A DNA stretch of 64,000 bases from contig OY761614.1 of the NCBI GenBank assembly GCA_963664825.1, positions 96,001 to 160,000 on the forward strand. Direction: 5' to 3'. The notes below the pieces were generated by a model. It did not search any database and was not told the origin of the DNA. It saw nothing but the letters and a program-made list of their open reading frames with translations. Source of the DNA: an uncultured Holophaga sp. Lineage in GTDB: Bacteria; Acidobacteriota; Holophagae; Holophagales; Holophagaceae. Made by a program: the position numbers and the translations under genes. Of the stretch, positions 37,367 through 48,318 are shown one piece after another; the first letter of the stretch is position 1, and every line of letters starts with the position of its first letter.

Positions 37367-37654
37367 TCAGGCCCCTTCGAGCCTAGCCACTTCGCGCTTG
37401 GTCCATTCCAGGATGAATCCGCAGATCTCCCCCAGCCCCTCGCTGGAGGCCAGGCCGCTGGCCTGACGCCAGGCAGCCAGGACCCGCGCTTCCCGGGCCG
37501 CGTCCAGGAAGCCGAGTCCCCGAGCTTCCTTGTAGTCCTTGAGGTGCTTCACCAGCTCGATCCGCCGATTGAGCGATTCCAGGATCTTCAGATCGATCTG
37601 GGAGATCTGCTCCCGGTAGTCTTGGATGACCGGATCGGTGTTCGAGCTTGCCAC
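37367..37654 (-). CDS. Monofunctional chorismate mutase (AroQ type)
   Basis: REQISQIDLKILESLNRR...KDYK...DAAREARVL; GGAGG RBS before GTG at 37654. Confidence 0.75.
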   Translation of the reverse strand: MASSNTDPVIQDYREQISQIDLKILESLNRRIELVKHLKDYKEARGLGFLDAAREARVLAAWRQASGLASSEGLGEICGFILEWTKREVARLEGA

Positions 37655-37807
37655 ATGCCCTCCCTTTTCGAGGGTCCAGCGGCGCCCCCTGGCCAGTGTA
37701 AGGCGTCCTCCCAAGCTACAATTCACGTTTCCGCCCATCCCCCCTTTCCACCGGCATCTTCCTCCGTGCCTCCGTGGTGAACCTGCTCTTTTGAAGAGCG
37801 AAACCCT

Positions 37808-38791
37808 ATGAACCGTACCGAAGCCACCTGGCTCGACCAGATCCGCCACCGGGATGACGCCGTGCAGGGCCGCGTCCTGGTGGCCTGCTCCGGGGGCGGG
37901 GATTCCACGGCCCTCCTGGTCTTCCTCTGGAGCCTCCGGAAGAGCCTGGGCCTGGAGCTGGTGGTGGCCCACGGGAATCACGGATTACGCCCGGAGGCCG
38001 AGGCCGACGCGGCCTCCGTCCGGGAGCTGTGCCGCCATCTGGACCTCGACTTGGTGGAGGCCCACCTCGAGGTGAAGGCCCATGCCGCCCAGGCGGGGAT
38101 CGGCCTGGAGACGGCCGCCCGGGAACTCCGCTGGGCCTGGCTGAAGGCCGAGGCCGCTTCCGTGGGAGCGGCCTCGATCGCCACGGGCCATACCCTGGAT
38201 GACCACACGGAAACGGTCCTGGTGCGCATCGCCCGGGGGGGCGGCCTGGGTGCCCTCACGCCCCTGGCCGCCCGCCAGGGGTTGCGCTGGTCCCCCCTCA
38301 TCGAGGCCCGCCGGGAGGAACTGCGGGGCTACCTCCGGCAGAAAAACCTGCCCTGGCGGGAGGACGCCAGCAATGAGGAGGGCTTCACGGCCCGAAACCG
38401 CTGGCGGAAGCTGCTGGAGGAGATGCGCCGAGAGGCCCCGGCCCTGGACGCGCACCTCTGGGAGACCCATGCCCAGGCCGCCGAACTGCTGGACTTCCGG
38501 GAGGCCCAGGTCGCCGCCGGGGAAGGCCTCCGGTGGTGCATCCAGGACGCAAGGCTCAGCCTGAAGGGCCCCTTCCGGGAGGTGGAACTCCGCTGGACGC
38601 TGGAGGCCGCCTGCAGGACCCTGGGCTGGCCCCGGGAGGCCGCCCTCCTGCGGGATCTCAGCGCCTGGGTGCGGCCCCTCCTGGAGCGGAAACGCCGAAA
38701 AACCAAGCAGTGGGGCGGCTGGAGGCTGGAACCAACGAGCGGGAATTTCCCATGGACCCTCTCCCCTCCCCCGAATCTGCCCCGGAACTAG
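37808..38791 (+). CDS. tilS: tRNA(Ile)-lysidine synthase
   Basis: SGGGDS PP-loop, NHGLR, AARELR, TGHTLDD..ET, EDASN, RNR. Confidence 0.92.
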   Translation: MNRTEATWLDQIRHRDDAVQGRVLVACSGGGDSTALLVFLWSLRKSLGLELVVAHGNHGLRPEAEADAASVRELCRHLDLDLVEAHLEVKAHAAQAGIGLETAARELRWAWLKAEAASVGAASIATGHTLDDHTETVLVRIARGGGLGALTPLAARQGLRWSPLIEARREELRGYLRQKNLPWREDASNEEGFTARNRWRKLLEEMRREAPALDAHLWETHAQAAELLDFREAQVAAGEGLRWCIQDARLSLKGPFREVELRWTLEAACRTLGWPREAALLRDLSAWVRPLLERKRRKTKQWGGWRLEPTSGNFPWTLSPPPNLPRN

Positions 38792-38863
38792 CGCATCCTT
38801 GGCCACAGAATGCGTCTTCCTTCCGGTTAGACTGGGTGGGAAGACGATCCCGTCGGAGGCTCC

Positions 38864-40798
<1,935 letters not shown>

Positions 40799-40803
40799 CA
40801 GCC

Positions 40804-42150
40804 ATGCTCTGGCACACCTCCAGCGGCAGTCTCTCCCTGAAGGAGCCGCTCTACTTAGGCATCCTCAATATCACGCCGGATTCCTTCAGCGACGGGGGCC
40901 GCTTCCGCGATCGGGAAGCGGCTCTTGTCCAGGGAAGGCGCCTGGTGGACTCCGGAGCGGCGGCCCTGGATCTGGGAGCCGAGAGCACCCGTCCGGGCGC
41001 CCAGCCCCTGGAGGAGGGCGAGGAATGGGCCAGGCTTCAGCCCGTATTGGAGGGCCTAGGGACAGCGCTGCCCCGGCTCCCCTTGAGCCTGGACACCCGC
41101 CATGTGCCCGTGGCCCTGAAGGGGCTCGGGAGAGGCGCCGCCATCCTCAATGACGTGGGCGGTTTCGCCGAAGGGGCCATGCTGGATCTCGCCCGGCACA
41201 GCGCCTGCGGCCTCATTGCCATGCGCAGCCGCATGGCCGATGGCCGCCTCCTGATGCCGCCCTACGACGACCCCACGCCCAAAAGCGCCGAAGAAGCCAT
41301 CGCGGAACTCCGGGGGATCGGCGACCGGCTCCGGAAGGCGGGCATCGCCCAGGAGCGGATCCTGCTGGATCCGGGCTTCGGCTTCGGCACCACCTACCTG
41401 GAAGACCTGGCCCTCTGGGAGGCCCTGCCCCGCCTCCCGGAGGCCCTGGGATGGCCCGCGGAAAGGATCTGCATCGCCATCTCCCGCAAGCGCTTCCTCG
41501 CGCGGAAGGCAGGCCAGCCTGAGCTTGCCCCCGACCAGCGGGATGGCCTCACGGAAGAGGCCCACCAAGAGGCCCGGAGCCTGGGTTTCAGGGTATTCCG
41601 CACCCATGCCATTCCGGAGCCCAGGATCCGCCCCGCCCGAATCGACGACGCCGCCGCCCTGGCAAGGGTGCATGTGGCCTCCTGGCGCGCCGCCTACCGG
41701 GGCATGCTCCCGGAATCCCATCTGGAGAGCCTCTCCGAAACCGAGCAGGAGACTCGCACCCGGGACCTCATCGCGCAACCCCTTGGCCCCCATCATCACC
41801 TGCTGGCCCTGGACCGGGGCGGGTTCATCCTGGGATTCGCAGCCACCGGCCCGACCCGGGACACGTCCAATGAAAACCTCGGAGAAATCTACGCCATCTA
41901 CCTCCATCCTGCGGTCTGGGGCCGAGGCTTCGGAGGGCTCCTCATGGCCCAGGCCCAGGCCACCCTGTGGAGGGATGGCTTCCAGGAAGCCATCCTCTGG
42001 GTGCTCGAGCGCAATGACCGGGCCCGGGCCTTCTACAAGGCCGGAGGCTGGACCCCGGACGGGCAAACCCGCACACAGTGGCAGGGAGGCATCGCCCTCA
42101 GGGAAGTGCGCTACGGTGTAAATCTCCAACATCCGATAGCCCTCGGATGA
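40804..42150 (+). CDS. folP: Dihydropteroate synthase fused to a C-terminal GNAT acetyltransferase
   Basis: GILNITPDSFSDGG, GAESTRPG, DPGFGF, SRK, then in frame IRPARIDD...WGRGFG...LWVLERNDRARAFY. Confidence 0.85.
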   Translation: MLWHTSSGSLSLKEPLYLGILNITPDSFSDGGRFRDREAALVQGRRLVDSGAAALDLGAESTRPGAQPLEEGEEWARLQPVLEGLGTALPRLPLSLDTRHVPVALKGLGRGAAILNDVGGFAEGAMLDLARHSACGLIAMRSRMADGRLLMPPYDDPTPKSAEEAIAELRGIGDRLRKAGIAQERILLDPGFGFGTTYLEDLALWEALPRLPEALGWPAERICIAISRKRFLARKAGQPELAPDQRDGLTEEAHQEARSLGFRVFRTHAIPEPRIRPARIDDAAALARVHVASWRAAYRGMLPESHLESLSETEQETRTRDLIAQPLGPHHHLLALDRGGFILGFAATGPTRDTSNENLGEIYAIYLHPAVWGRGFGGLLMAQAQATLWRDGFQEAILWVLERNDRARAFYKAGGWTPDGQTRTQWQGGIALREVRYGVNLQHPIALG

Positions 42151-42181
42151 AGGGAAACCGAATCTTGAATGGGGTCTGAGC

Positions 42182-43489
42182 GTGGAATTACGGTATTTCG
42201 GAACGGACGGCGTGCGGGGAAGGGCCCTGGCCACCCCCTTGACCCTGGAGGAAACGGCCCGCTGGGGCCGCGCTTGGGGAGAGGTGGCGCGGGAGAAGGG
42301 CATCTGGGAACTGGTCATCGGCTGGGACCCCAGGACGAGTTCCGTGCCCCTGGCCGAGGCCTTCCTGAGGGGCCTGGACGGGAGGCTGCGCCCGGAAGTC
42401 CTGGGCATGGTCCCCACCCCCGCCGTGGCCTGGGTGACCCAGCGCCGCCCGGAAGCCTGGGGTCTGATGATCAGCGCCAGCCACAACCCCCCCGAGGATA
42501 ACGGCCTGAAGGGCTTCAACGGGGATGGGGAGAAGCTCGCCGAGGACGAGGAAGGAGCCGTGGAAGCGGCCTTCGAAGCCACGGCTCCCATCGGAGCCGA
42601 CCGCGTCGAAATCTCCCCGGATGCCGGGGCCCTGGAGGCCTACCTCGCCCACCTGGAAGGCCTGGAGCTGCCCCAGGACTTCCCGCTCATCGTGGATTGC
42701 GCCCACGGCGCCACGGCCCCCTGGGCGCCGCGGCTGCTGAAGGGTCCCATCCACTGGCTGGGCACGCCCTCGGACGGCCACCGCATCAACGTGGGGGTGG
42801 GTTCCACCCATCTCGAGGGTTTGCAGGCCGCCGTGCGGGCGCGCGGAGCGGCCGCAGGCGTGGCCTTCGACGGCGACGGCGATCGCTGTCTCTTCATCGA
42901 TCCCAGCGGCGAAGTGGTGGACGGGGACCAGCTCCTCTGGCTCCTCGTCCAGGATTTCCATCGCCAGGGCAAGGTCCTGCCGGGCCTGGTGGGCACTCTG
43001 ATGACCAATGGCGGCCTGGAGGAAGCCCTGGGCACCCTGGGCATCCCCCTGGTCCGAACGGCCGTGGGGGACAAGTTCATGGTCCGGGAACTGGCCGCCC
43101 GGGGCTGGGATCTGGCCGCAGAGGCCTCCGGCCACGTCATCCAGAAGCACATCGGCCCCTCCGGGGACGGCCTGGCCACCACCCTGGCCGTGCTCCGAGC
43201 CCTTCTCCACCGAAGCCCGGAACGGCGCTGGGACTGGCGCTTCCGCCCCTGGCCCCTGAAGCTGATCAACCTGGTGGCCTCCGAACGCCGCCCCGTGGAG
43301 GATTGCCAGCGGCTCCAGGGAGCCATGACGGACCTGGAAGCTAGACACGGCCAGGCCATCCGCATGGTGGTCCGCTGGTCCGGCACCGAACCCAAGCTGC
43401 GACTCATGGTCGAGGCTCGAGAGCTTTCCCGCATGCAGGAGGCCATCGAACATCTGGAGGAGGCGGCCAGGGCGGACCTTTCCCTCTGA
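42182..43489 (+). CDS. glmM: Phosphoglucosamine mutase
   Basis: FGTDGVRG, ISASHNP, DGDGDR, VGD, SGTEP; canonical position after folP. Confidence 0.9.
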   Translation: MELRYFGTDGVRGRALATPLTLEETARWGRAWGEVAREKGIWELVIGWDPRTSSVPLAEAFLRGLDGRLRPEVLGMVPTPAVAWVTQRRPEAWGLMISASHNPPEDNGLKGFNGDGEKLAEDEEGAVEAAFEATAPIGADRVEISPDAGALEAYLAHLEGLELPQDFPLIVDCAHGATAPWAPRLLKGPIHWLGTPSDGHRINVGVGSTHLEGLQAAVRARGAAAGVAFDGDGDRCLFIDPSGEVVDGDQLLWLLVQDFHRQGKVLPGLVGTLMTNGGLEEALGTLGIPLVRTAVGDKFMVRELAARGWDLAAEASGHVIQKHIGPSGDGLATTLAVLRALLHRSPERRWDWRFRPWPLKLINLVASERRPVEDCQRLQGAMTDLEARHGQAIRMVVRWSGTEPKLRLMVEARELSRMQEAIEHLEEAARADLSL

Positions 43490-43573
43490 AGGTCGCGGTG
43501 CGATGCCCCGTCAATTCCTGCTAGGCTTTGATCGATAGTAAGCCCGCCCTCAGCACTTCCAGGAGCCTCTCAG

Positions 43574-44302
43574 GTGACGACCCGCCTCGGTGTGAATATC
43601 GATCATGTGGCAACCCTTCGGCAGGCCCGTTCGGCCCACGATCCTGAACCCATCGCCGCGGCTCTGCTGGCTCAGAGCGCCGGGGCCCATGGCATCACGG
43701 TGCATCTCCGGGGGGATCGCCGGCACATCCAGGAGCGGGATGTGCGCCTCCTCCGCGAGGTGCTCTCCGTGCCCCTCAATGTCGAGTGCGCCGCCTCCCC
43801 GGAGGCCATGCAGGCCATCGTGCCGCTGAAACCCCATTGGGTGACCCTCGTGCCTGAAACCCGGGAGGAGCTCACCACCCAGGGAGGCCTGGACGTGGTC
43901 TTCCTCCAGGCCCACCTGCGCACCGTGATCCGGGAACTCCGCACCTCGGATATCCGCGTGAGCCTCTTCATCGATCCCCAGCTGGAACAGGTCAAGATGG
44001 CCTCGCGCATCGAGGCCGACGCCGTGGAATTCAATACCGGCGTCTACGCCGATCTCCCCGCAGGAAGCGACCCCGGCCCGGAACTCGAGCGGATTCGGGA
44101 ATCGGCCCGGCTCGCCGCTCGCCTCGGCCTGCGAAGCCTGGCGGGACACGGGTTGAACCTGCAAAATGTCGGTCCCATCGCGGCCATTCCGGAGATCGTC
44201 GAACTCAATATCGGCCACAGCCTCATCGGTCGGGCCGTACTCGTGGGCCTCGAACGCGCCGTCCAGGAGATGCAATCGGCCATCACAGAGGCCAATGCAT
44301 GA
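43574..44302 (+). CDS. pdxJ: Pyridoxine 5'-phosphate synthase
   Basis: LGVNIDHVATLRQAR, HLR.DRRHIQ, VPETREELTT.GG, AGHGL, NIGHS. Confidence 0.96.
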   Translation: MTTRLGVNIDHVATLRQARSAHDPEPIAAALLAQSAGAHGITVHLRGDRRHIQERDVRLLREVLSVPLNVECAASPEAMQAIVPLKPHWVTLVPETREELTTQGGLDVVFLQAHLRTVIRELRTSDIRVSLFIDPQLEQVKMASRIEADAVEFNTGVYADLPAGSDPGPELERIRESARLAARLGLRSLAGHGLNLQNVGPIAAIPEIVELNIGHSLIGRAVLVGLERAVQEMQSAITEANA

Positions 44303-44387
44303 AAATGCCTGGACCCGCCCCCGCCACCCGGGGTCCTCGCCCCTGGGGCGAAGCGTGTCCCCCCTGCTTGGCAAAGGTTCGGGCCTG

Positions 44388-45209
44388 ATGTCCAACCTCC
44401 GCGGCAACCTCCAGAGCATCTCCCTCACGGATGTCGTTCAGCTCCTGAACGTCAACCGGAAGACCGGCAAACTCTACGTCATCGACGGCAAGCGCACCGG
44501 CACCCTCTATGTCGTCAATGGCGAGGTGGTGCATGCCGAGACGCCGCAGACGGTGGGCGAAAGCGCCGCCTTCGAAGTGCTGGAATGGGACAAGGGTGAA
44601 TTCGAATTCGCCGCCTCCAAATTCAAGGTGCCCACCAGCATCCACCGCGGCCTGCAGGACCTCCTCATGGAATCGGCCCGCACCGCCGATTCCCGCAAGC
44701 GCTTCCGCACCATCTTCCCCAATCTCCACGCGGTGCCTTGGCTCACCCTGAGGGAACCCCAACTCACCCAGGGACTGAAGCTCTTCCCCGAGGACCGGAA
44801 GGTGCTGCCCTTCATGGATGGATACCGCGATTTCACTGAAGTGATGGCCGTTTCCAACATGAGCGAAGTCAGCGTCCTTCAGACCTGCCTCACCCTCAAG
44901 GAGGCGGGCCGTCTCCAGGTCCTCGAACCCTCCATCACCGTCTCCACAGCCCCCATGAAGAGCGGCTTCTTCCGAAAGAGCGATCATGTGGAGCTTTCCA
45001 AGACCGTGGAATCCGTTTGGAAGATGATGGGCCCCTATCGGGTCGAGCCCATCTGCAATGTCCGCATCATCTGGCCTGAAGGCCCCGCCGTGGAGCCCGT
45101 CCAGTTCGTCTCCGGAGTGAATGACCAGAGCCTCAATGTTCCGAAGGAACTCATGCAGGCATGGAATCTTCCCGAAGGAATTTTCGTGAGCGTCCGCCCC
45201 GCTCCCTGA
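44388..45209 (+). CDS. DUF4388-domain protein
   Basis: LRGNLQSISLTDVVQLL...KTG.L...GEVVHA...W..GEF.F...LLME. Confidence 0.75.
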   Translation: MSNLRGNLQSISLTDVVQLLNVNRKTGKLYVIDGKRTGTLYVVNGEVVHAETPQTVGESAAFEVLEWDKGEFEFAASKFKVPTSIHRGLQDLLMESARTADSRKRFRTIFPNLHAVPWLTLREPQLTQGLKLFPEDRKVLPFMDGYRDFTEVMAVSNMSEVSVLQTCLTLKEAGRLQVLEPSITVSTAPMKSGFFRKSDHVELSKTVESVWKMMGPYRVEPICNVRIIWPEGPAVEPVQFVSGVNDQSLNVPKELMQAWNLPEGIFVSVRPAP

Positions 45210-45225
45210 TCACAAGAGGAACGCC

Positions 45226-46167
45226 ATGGAAGGCCAAGAGAATCCCGAAATCCAGCCCCAGACTCACTCAGTGGAGCCTGATTTGCTGTTGCAGGAATTC
45301 CGCGAGCGCAGCGAAACCCTGGATAACCGCCTGGACGCTCTCCAGGAGATGATCCAGGACATCCGCGGCGATCTCCACGACGAGGCCGCCCGGGGCCTCC
45401 ACCAGCTGGCCTCGGCCGCCGCCGATATGGCCAACGGCCAGGTCTACCAAAAGATCGACATGGAGGCCAAGGGTGAACTGGGCGCCCTGGTGGAGAGCAT
45501 CAACACCACCCTCACCAACCTCCAGCAGCTCGATGCTTCCGTGAAACACCAGAGCACCCAGGTGCCGGAACTGGCCGCCCAGTTGGACGCCATCACCGCA
45601 GACACCGAGGCGGCCACCCAGGTGGTGATGAATCGCCTGGACACCCTGATGAACGCCAGCGACGAAAGCGGCCGGGCACTGGAGACCGCCTTAAAGGCCC
45701 TGGAGGAGAACCGCGTCTCCCAGGTCCAGTTCCAGACTCGGATCGACGAATTCCTCACCCGTGCCAATGGCGGGGAGGATCCCACCCGGGTGGCCCAGCA
45801 AGTGCTCGATTTCCTCTTCGAGCGCCAGATGACCACCCATCTGCCGCCGGTGGATCTCAGTCAGGTCCAGGCCAATCTCAAGACCGTCTCCGACGAGGCC
45901 TTCGAAATCCTCAACACCCTTCAGTTCCAGGACATCACCCGGCAGAAGATCGAAAAGGTCGTGCTCCTGCTCAAGCAGTTCAAGGGCGGCCTCCAGCGCC
46001 TGCTGAACATCTTCAAGATCGAGGCCGGAGAGGTGGGCGAGACCGGCAAGGATGTCTTCGAAAACCGCACCGTCGCCACTCAGGACAATATCTTCGAAAC
46101 CACCATGGAGATGGACGAGAAGAAGGAATCCGTGGACGACATCATCGCCCAGTTCAAGAAGAAGTGA
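45226..46167 (+). CDS. CheZ-like phosphatase with an N-terminal HAMP-like segment
   Basis: TEAAT, LQFQDITRQKIEKV (DxxxQ), C-terminal VDDIIAQF. Confidence 0.7.
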   Translation: MEGQENPEIQPQTHSVEPDLLLQEFRERSETLDNRLDALQEMIQDIRGDLHDEAARGLHQLASAAADMANGQVYQKIDMEAKGELGALVESINTTLTNLQQLDASVKHQSTQVPELAAQLDAITADTEAATQVVMNRLDTLMNASDESGRALETALKALEENRVSQVQFQTRIDEFLTRANGGEDPTRVAQQVLDFLFERQMTTHLPPVDLSQVQANLKTVSDEAFEILNTLQFQDITRQKIEKVVLLLKQFKGGLQRLLNIFKIEAGEVGETGKDVFENRTVATQDNIFETTMEMDEKKESVDDIIAQFKKK

Positions 46168-46204
46168 TCTGGCGCTGAGGGCTTCCTCCAACGGATGGGA
46201 AGAC

Positions 46205-46253
46205 AACAAAAGTGCGGAAAACGGCTCCAGGAGCCGTTTCCCGCACTTTTGTT
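46205..46253. terminator. Bidirectional intrinsic terminator between convergent genes
   Basis: AACAAAAGTGCGGAAAACGGCTCC-A-GGAGCCGTTTCCCGCACTTTTGTT, with A and T tracts at the two ends. Confidence 0.75.
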
Positions 46254-46278
46254 CCATCGGTGGAATCGCGATCAGGGA

Positions 46279-47646
46279 TCAGTTCTGCACTTCTTCCACG
46301 AAGCTGTGGATGAGCTTCCGGGCGCCTTCGCGGCTGAAGACGAAGAAGAGTTCCTCTGGGCGCGGGGCGCGGCGGAAGTAATCCACGGCCATGACCCTGG
46401 GGAAGTCCTCCCGGCGGGGCTTGGTGCTCCCTTGAGCGCACTCGGCCTGCTCCGTGGGTGAGAGTCGGAGATCATGCATGCAGTCCAGGGCGAAGAGCTT
46501 GCGGCGCTGGGTATCAGCATCCACCGGGTGGGCGTAGACCCCTTCCACGGTCATGGGCCGACCTTCCCAGGGGGGCAGCGGTGCCGAGGTGCCGACCGGA
46601 CCATAGGGATACAGGTTCGGGCCGACATGGTTCGTGAAGAGCAGCAGCTTGACCGGGCTCTTCCATTTTTCGAGAGCCTCGATGGCCGCGACAGACGTGA
46701 ATTCGTGATCCCGGTGATTATCCAGGAAAGGATGGGGCATGACGATGATCGTGGGACGGACCTTCCGCAGGACGGCCCCCAGATCCTCCACCAGATGGGC
46801 CCAGGTGTTCGTCCGCGGCCCCTTGGACAGCATGTGGCCGATATTCGCCTTCCGGTACACCGAGACATCGCTATTGGGGCCGTACATCTCCGGAACGACC
46901 ACCGTGGGCTTGGTGTGCATGTCCTGGAGGCGAGCATCGAAGTACCCGAGATTGAAGCAGTGCTCAGGGGTAACGCCCCCCTGCCAAGGCACCGTCACGC
47001 TATCGACGGCCCTCAGGAAGCCCTTGAAACGGTACTGGGCCGCCGCATCACTGAACTGGTCGGCGTAGTTGGCGTCCCCGGCATTCCCGCAGGTGAGGGT
47101 GACGATGGTCGTGTTGCGACCCGCATAGAGTCCGAAGGCGGCGATCTCCGCATCGTCGGGATGGGGCGCCAGGATCAGGATCCGGGCCTTGGGATCCAGG
47201 CGATTGCTGAAGGTCCGCAGTGTGGCTCGTCCCGCATCGATCCCCACACCGTGACCCACGACCTCCACCACCTGGCCAACCGCAAAGTGTGCCCGGAGCC
47301 CCGTGAGATTCAGCCAGCGAAGGCCCTCAGCTCCCCGTTCGAGGTACTGTCGCACCCGGCAGGAACCGGTGGAGAATTCCACCCAGGGGTCGCCCTGCTC
47401 CCCTTCGAGAGCCCGCAGGCGCAGCCCCAGGAGCACCGTGTCCCAGGCCTGACCGCTGGGCCGGGTCCAGGACCAGCGCACGCCGCCGGCCATGGCTTCG
47501 AGATCCAGGGTGCGCGCCCCGGCCTCTTGGGTGAATTGGTAGGTGTCATCGCCCTTGCCGAGGGCGGGTAGGCCTGGCGCTAAGGCCGCCCCCAGAAGCG
47601 CAAGGGCGGCGGCCCGAATGGAATTCCGGATCAGAGAGGAGGGCAT
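46279..47646 (-). CDS. Exported PIG-L/LmbE (CE14) family deacetylase
   Basis: Signal peptide, ILAPHPDDAE, DNHRDH. Confidence 0.8.
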   Translation of the reverse strand: MPSSLIRNSIRAAALALLGAALAPGLPALGKGDDTYQFTQEAGARTLDLEAMAGGVRWSWTRPSGQAWDTVLLGLRLRALEGEQGDPWVEFSTGSCRVRQYLERGAEGLRWLNLTGLRAHFAVGQVVEVVGHGVGIDAGRATLRTFSNRLDPKARILILAPHPDDAEIAAFGLYAGRNTTIVTLTCGNAGDANYADQFSDAAAQYRFKGFLRAVDSVTVPWQGGVTPEHCFNLGYFDARLQDMHTKPTVVVPEMYGPNSDVSVYRKANIGHMLSKGPRTNTWAHLVEDLGAVLRKVRPTIIVMPHPFLDNHRDHEFTSVAAIEALEKWKSPVKLLLFTNHVGPNLYPYGPVGTSAPLPPWEGRPMTVEGVYAHPVDADTQRRKLFALDCMHDLRLSPTEQAECAQGSTKPRREDFPRVMAVDYFRRAPRPEELFFVFSREGARKLIHSFVEEVQN

Positions 47647-47667
47647 GGAACGGCTCCTTGGGCGCCA

Positions 47668-48318
47668 TCAAAGGCGCGATTTGTTTTCGAGAGCGAACTT
47701 GAGGAGACTGTAGCTCCCGTGGATATTAAGCTTCGTGCCGATGTGGGCGCGGTGGTTTTCGACGGTTCGCTGGCTGACGAAGAAGGCCTCGGCGATCTCC
47801 TTGCTGGTCTTGGATTCAGCGATCAGCTTCAGGACCTTCCGTTCCATGGGCGAGAGCGCGTTGAGGGGCATGTTGCGAATGCCTAGGGCGGGCTGCGCCC
47901 GGCGAGCGACCATCAGGTCCATGAGGGAGGGGCTGAGGAAATGGCGACCGCGCACGACGGTGTCGATGGCCGTCACTACATCGATGACGGCCGATTCCTT
48001 CGAGACGTAGCCCATGACGCCGAGATCCATCGCCTCATTGAAGGTCTCTTCGTCGTCGTACATCGTCAGGAAGATCACATCTGTGGCCAGGTTCTTCTGA
48101 TGCATCTCCCGCAGGACCTGGAGGCCGGTGAGATTGGGCATGCGGATATCCAGCACCGCCAGATCGGGCCGTCGCGTCTCGATCTCGCAGAGCGCAGCGG
48201 CGCCGTCGGAGGCCTCGGCCACCACTTCCAAGGTGGGAACCCCCTCGATGGCCTGGCGAATCCCCGCCAGAAACAGAGGATGATCGTCGGCGATCACCAC
48301 CGAGACCCTAGGCGCCAT
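47668..48318 (-). CDS. NarL/LuxR-family response regulator
   Basis: IADDH, LDIRMP, LSPMERKVL...TSKEIA...TVENHR HTH. Confidence 0.92.
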   Translation of the reverse strand: MAPRVSVVIADDHPLFLAGIRQAIEGVPTLEVVAEASDGAAALCEIETRRPDLAVLDIRMPNLTGLQVLREMHQKNLATDVIFLTMYDDEETFNEAMDLGVMGYVSKESAVIDVVTAIDTVVRGRHFLSPSLMDLMVARRAQPALGIRNMPLNALSPMERKVLKLIAESKTSKEIAEAFFVSQRTVENHRAHIGTKLNIHGSYSLLKFALENKSRL

